Assembly: GCA_937625935.1 (NCBI GenBank)
Contig: OW569352.1
Coordinates: 186,001-250,000, forward strand
Reading direction: 5' to 3'
Source of the DNA: Tetramitus jugosus
Taxonomy: Eukaryota > Protista > Heterolobosea
DNA length: 64,000 nt
Shown here: positions 63,447-64,000 of the stretch, one piece after another
How positions within the stretch are numbered: the first letter of the stretch is position 1
How the letters are laid out: each line of letters starts with the position of its first letter
Notes under the pieces: generated by a model
Seen by the model: the letters and a program-made list of their open reading frames with translations, nothing else
Database searches by the model: none
What the model was told of the DNA's origin: nothing
Translations under genes and position numbers: made by a program

Positions 63447-64000
63447 TGTTGTTTGTTGCTTGTTGTTGCTTGTAGACTTTTTGTGTTTTTTGTTCTCTTC
63501 TTTGGTGACGGTTTTGATGGACCACATGACACATGACAAATGATATTCCGCTCGGATTAACTTGACTCACACAATGGATTGATTGAATTGAATGATTAAT
63601 TGATTCATACAATAAAATTTGACAGATGTGCACAAAAAAGACCTGCACGGATGAAGTAATTGACAGAGCACTGAAATTTCCATGTTGAAGAGGCAGCACC
63701 GGAGAGCAGAACTGTATGGTTTCTTGGAGTGGTTTGGGGAACTTATTCTTACGCAACGTACTACAGAACAGGAAAAAACGTCCGACAGGAAACGAACACA
63801 CATAGAAAACATTCTTCGACGAGGCAACATAGCCTATATCAAGCTCCAGATGACATAAATGTTAATACGTGAAAATGCATTATTACACAGATCAAATTAT
63901 TGTATTGAAATTTTCGTTTATAAAAGTAAATATTTATATAGTATCTAATATTTATATATCTAATATTTATATTAATACAATGTTATCATTAATAATATTT

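Noticed and set aside
42969-63543. Many short poly-M/L/V/C ORFs opposite low-complexity genes
   Set aside because: Reverse-complement readings of CAT/CAA repeats, which lack stop codons.
1-64000. Prokaryotic systems (CRISPR, operons, IS elements, defence islands)
   Set aside because: No repeat-spacer arrays, transposases or operon signals; the repeats are coding trinucleotide tracts and the genes carry spliceosomal introns.
1-64000. Alternative genetic code or selenocysteine recoding
   Set aside because: TAA, TAG and TGA all end conserved proteins at the expected positions, and ORF breaks are explained by GT-AG introns.

Overview
Gene-dense eukaryotic (protist) nuclear DNA, not prokaryotic. 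It has short GT-AG spliceosomal introns (about 55-180 nt; donors GTATGT/GTAAGT/GTACGT; CTAAC/CTCAC branch points), very short intergenic spacers, poly-Q/N/H low-complexity proteins and the standard genetic code. Gene content and style suggest an amoeboid/amoeboflagellate protist such as a heterolobosean, but that is inference only. About 40 protein genes and one tRNA-Leu(AAG) can be supported. Several had to be rebuilt across introns that the ORF track breaks or misses (COMMD10, CSN8, TTBK-like kinase, AIR9-like, kinesin-like, DUF4050). Highlights: (1) a Zn(II)2Cys6 DNA-binding cluster fused to a full SNF5/INI1 module in one ORF, resembling a one-polypeptide version of yeast RSC Rsc3+Sfh1; (2) a possible sterol/prenyl-lipid neighbourhood with a divergent SMT, a tocopherol-cyclase-like secreted protein and an ERG28-like protein; (3) a kinesin with degenerate P-loop and switch motifs; (4) a 3-TM-anchored bacterial-type penicillin/AHL acylase; (5) a PH protein with an unrecognised duplicated C-terminal repeat; (6) recurrent E2F-like sites and extreme gene packing, including overlapping stop codons. 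All family calls come from motif recognition by eye; no searches were run.
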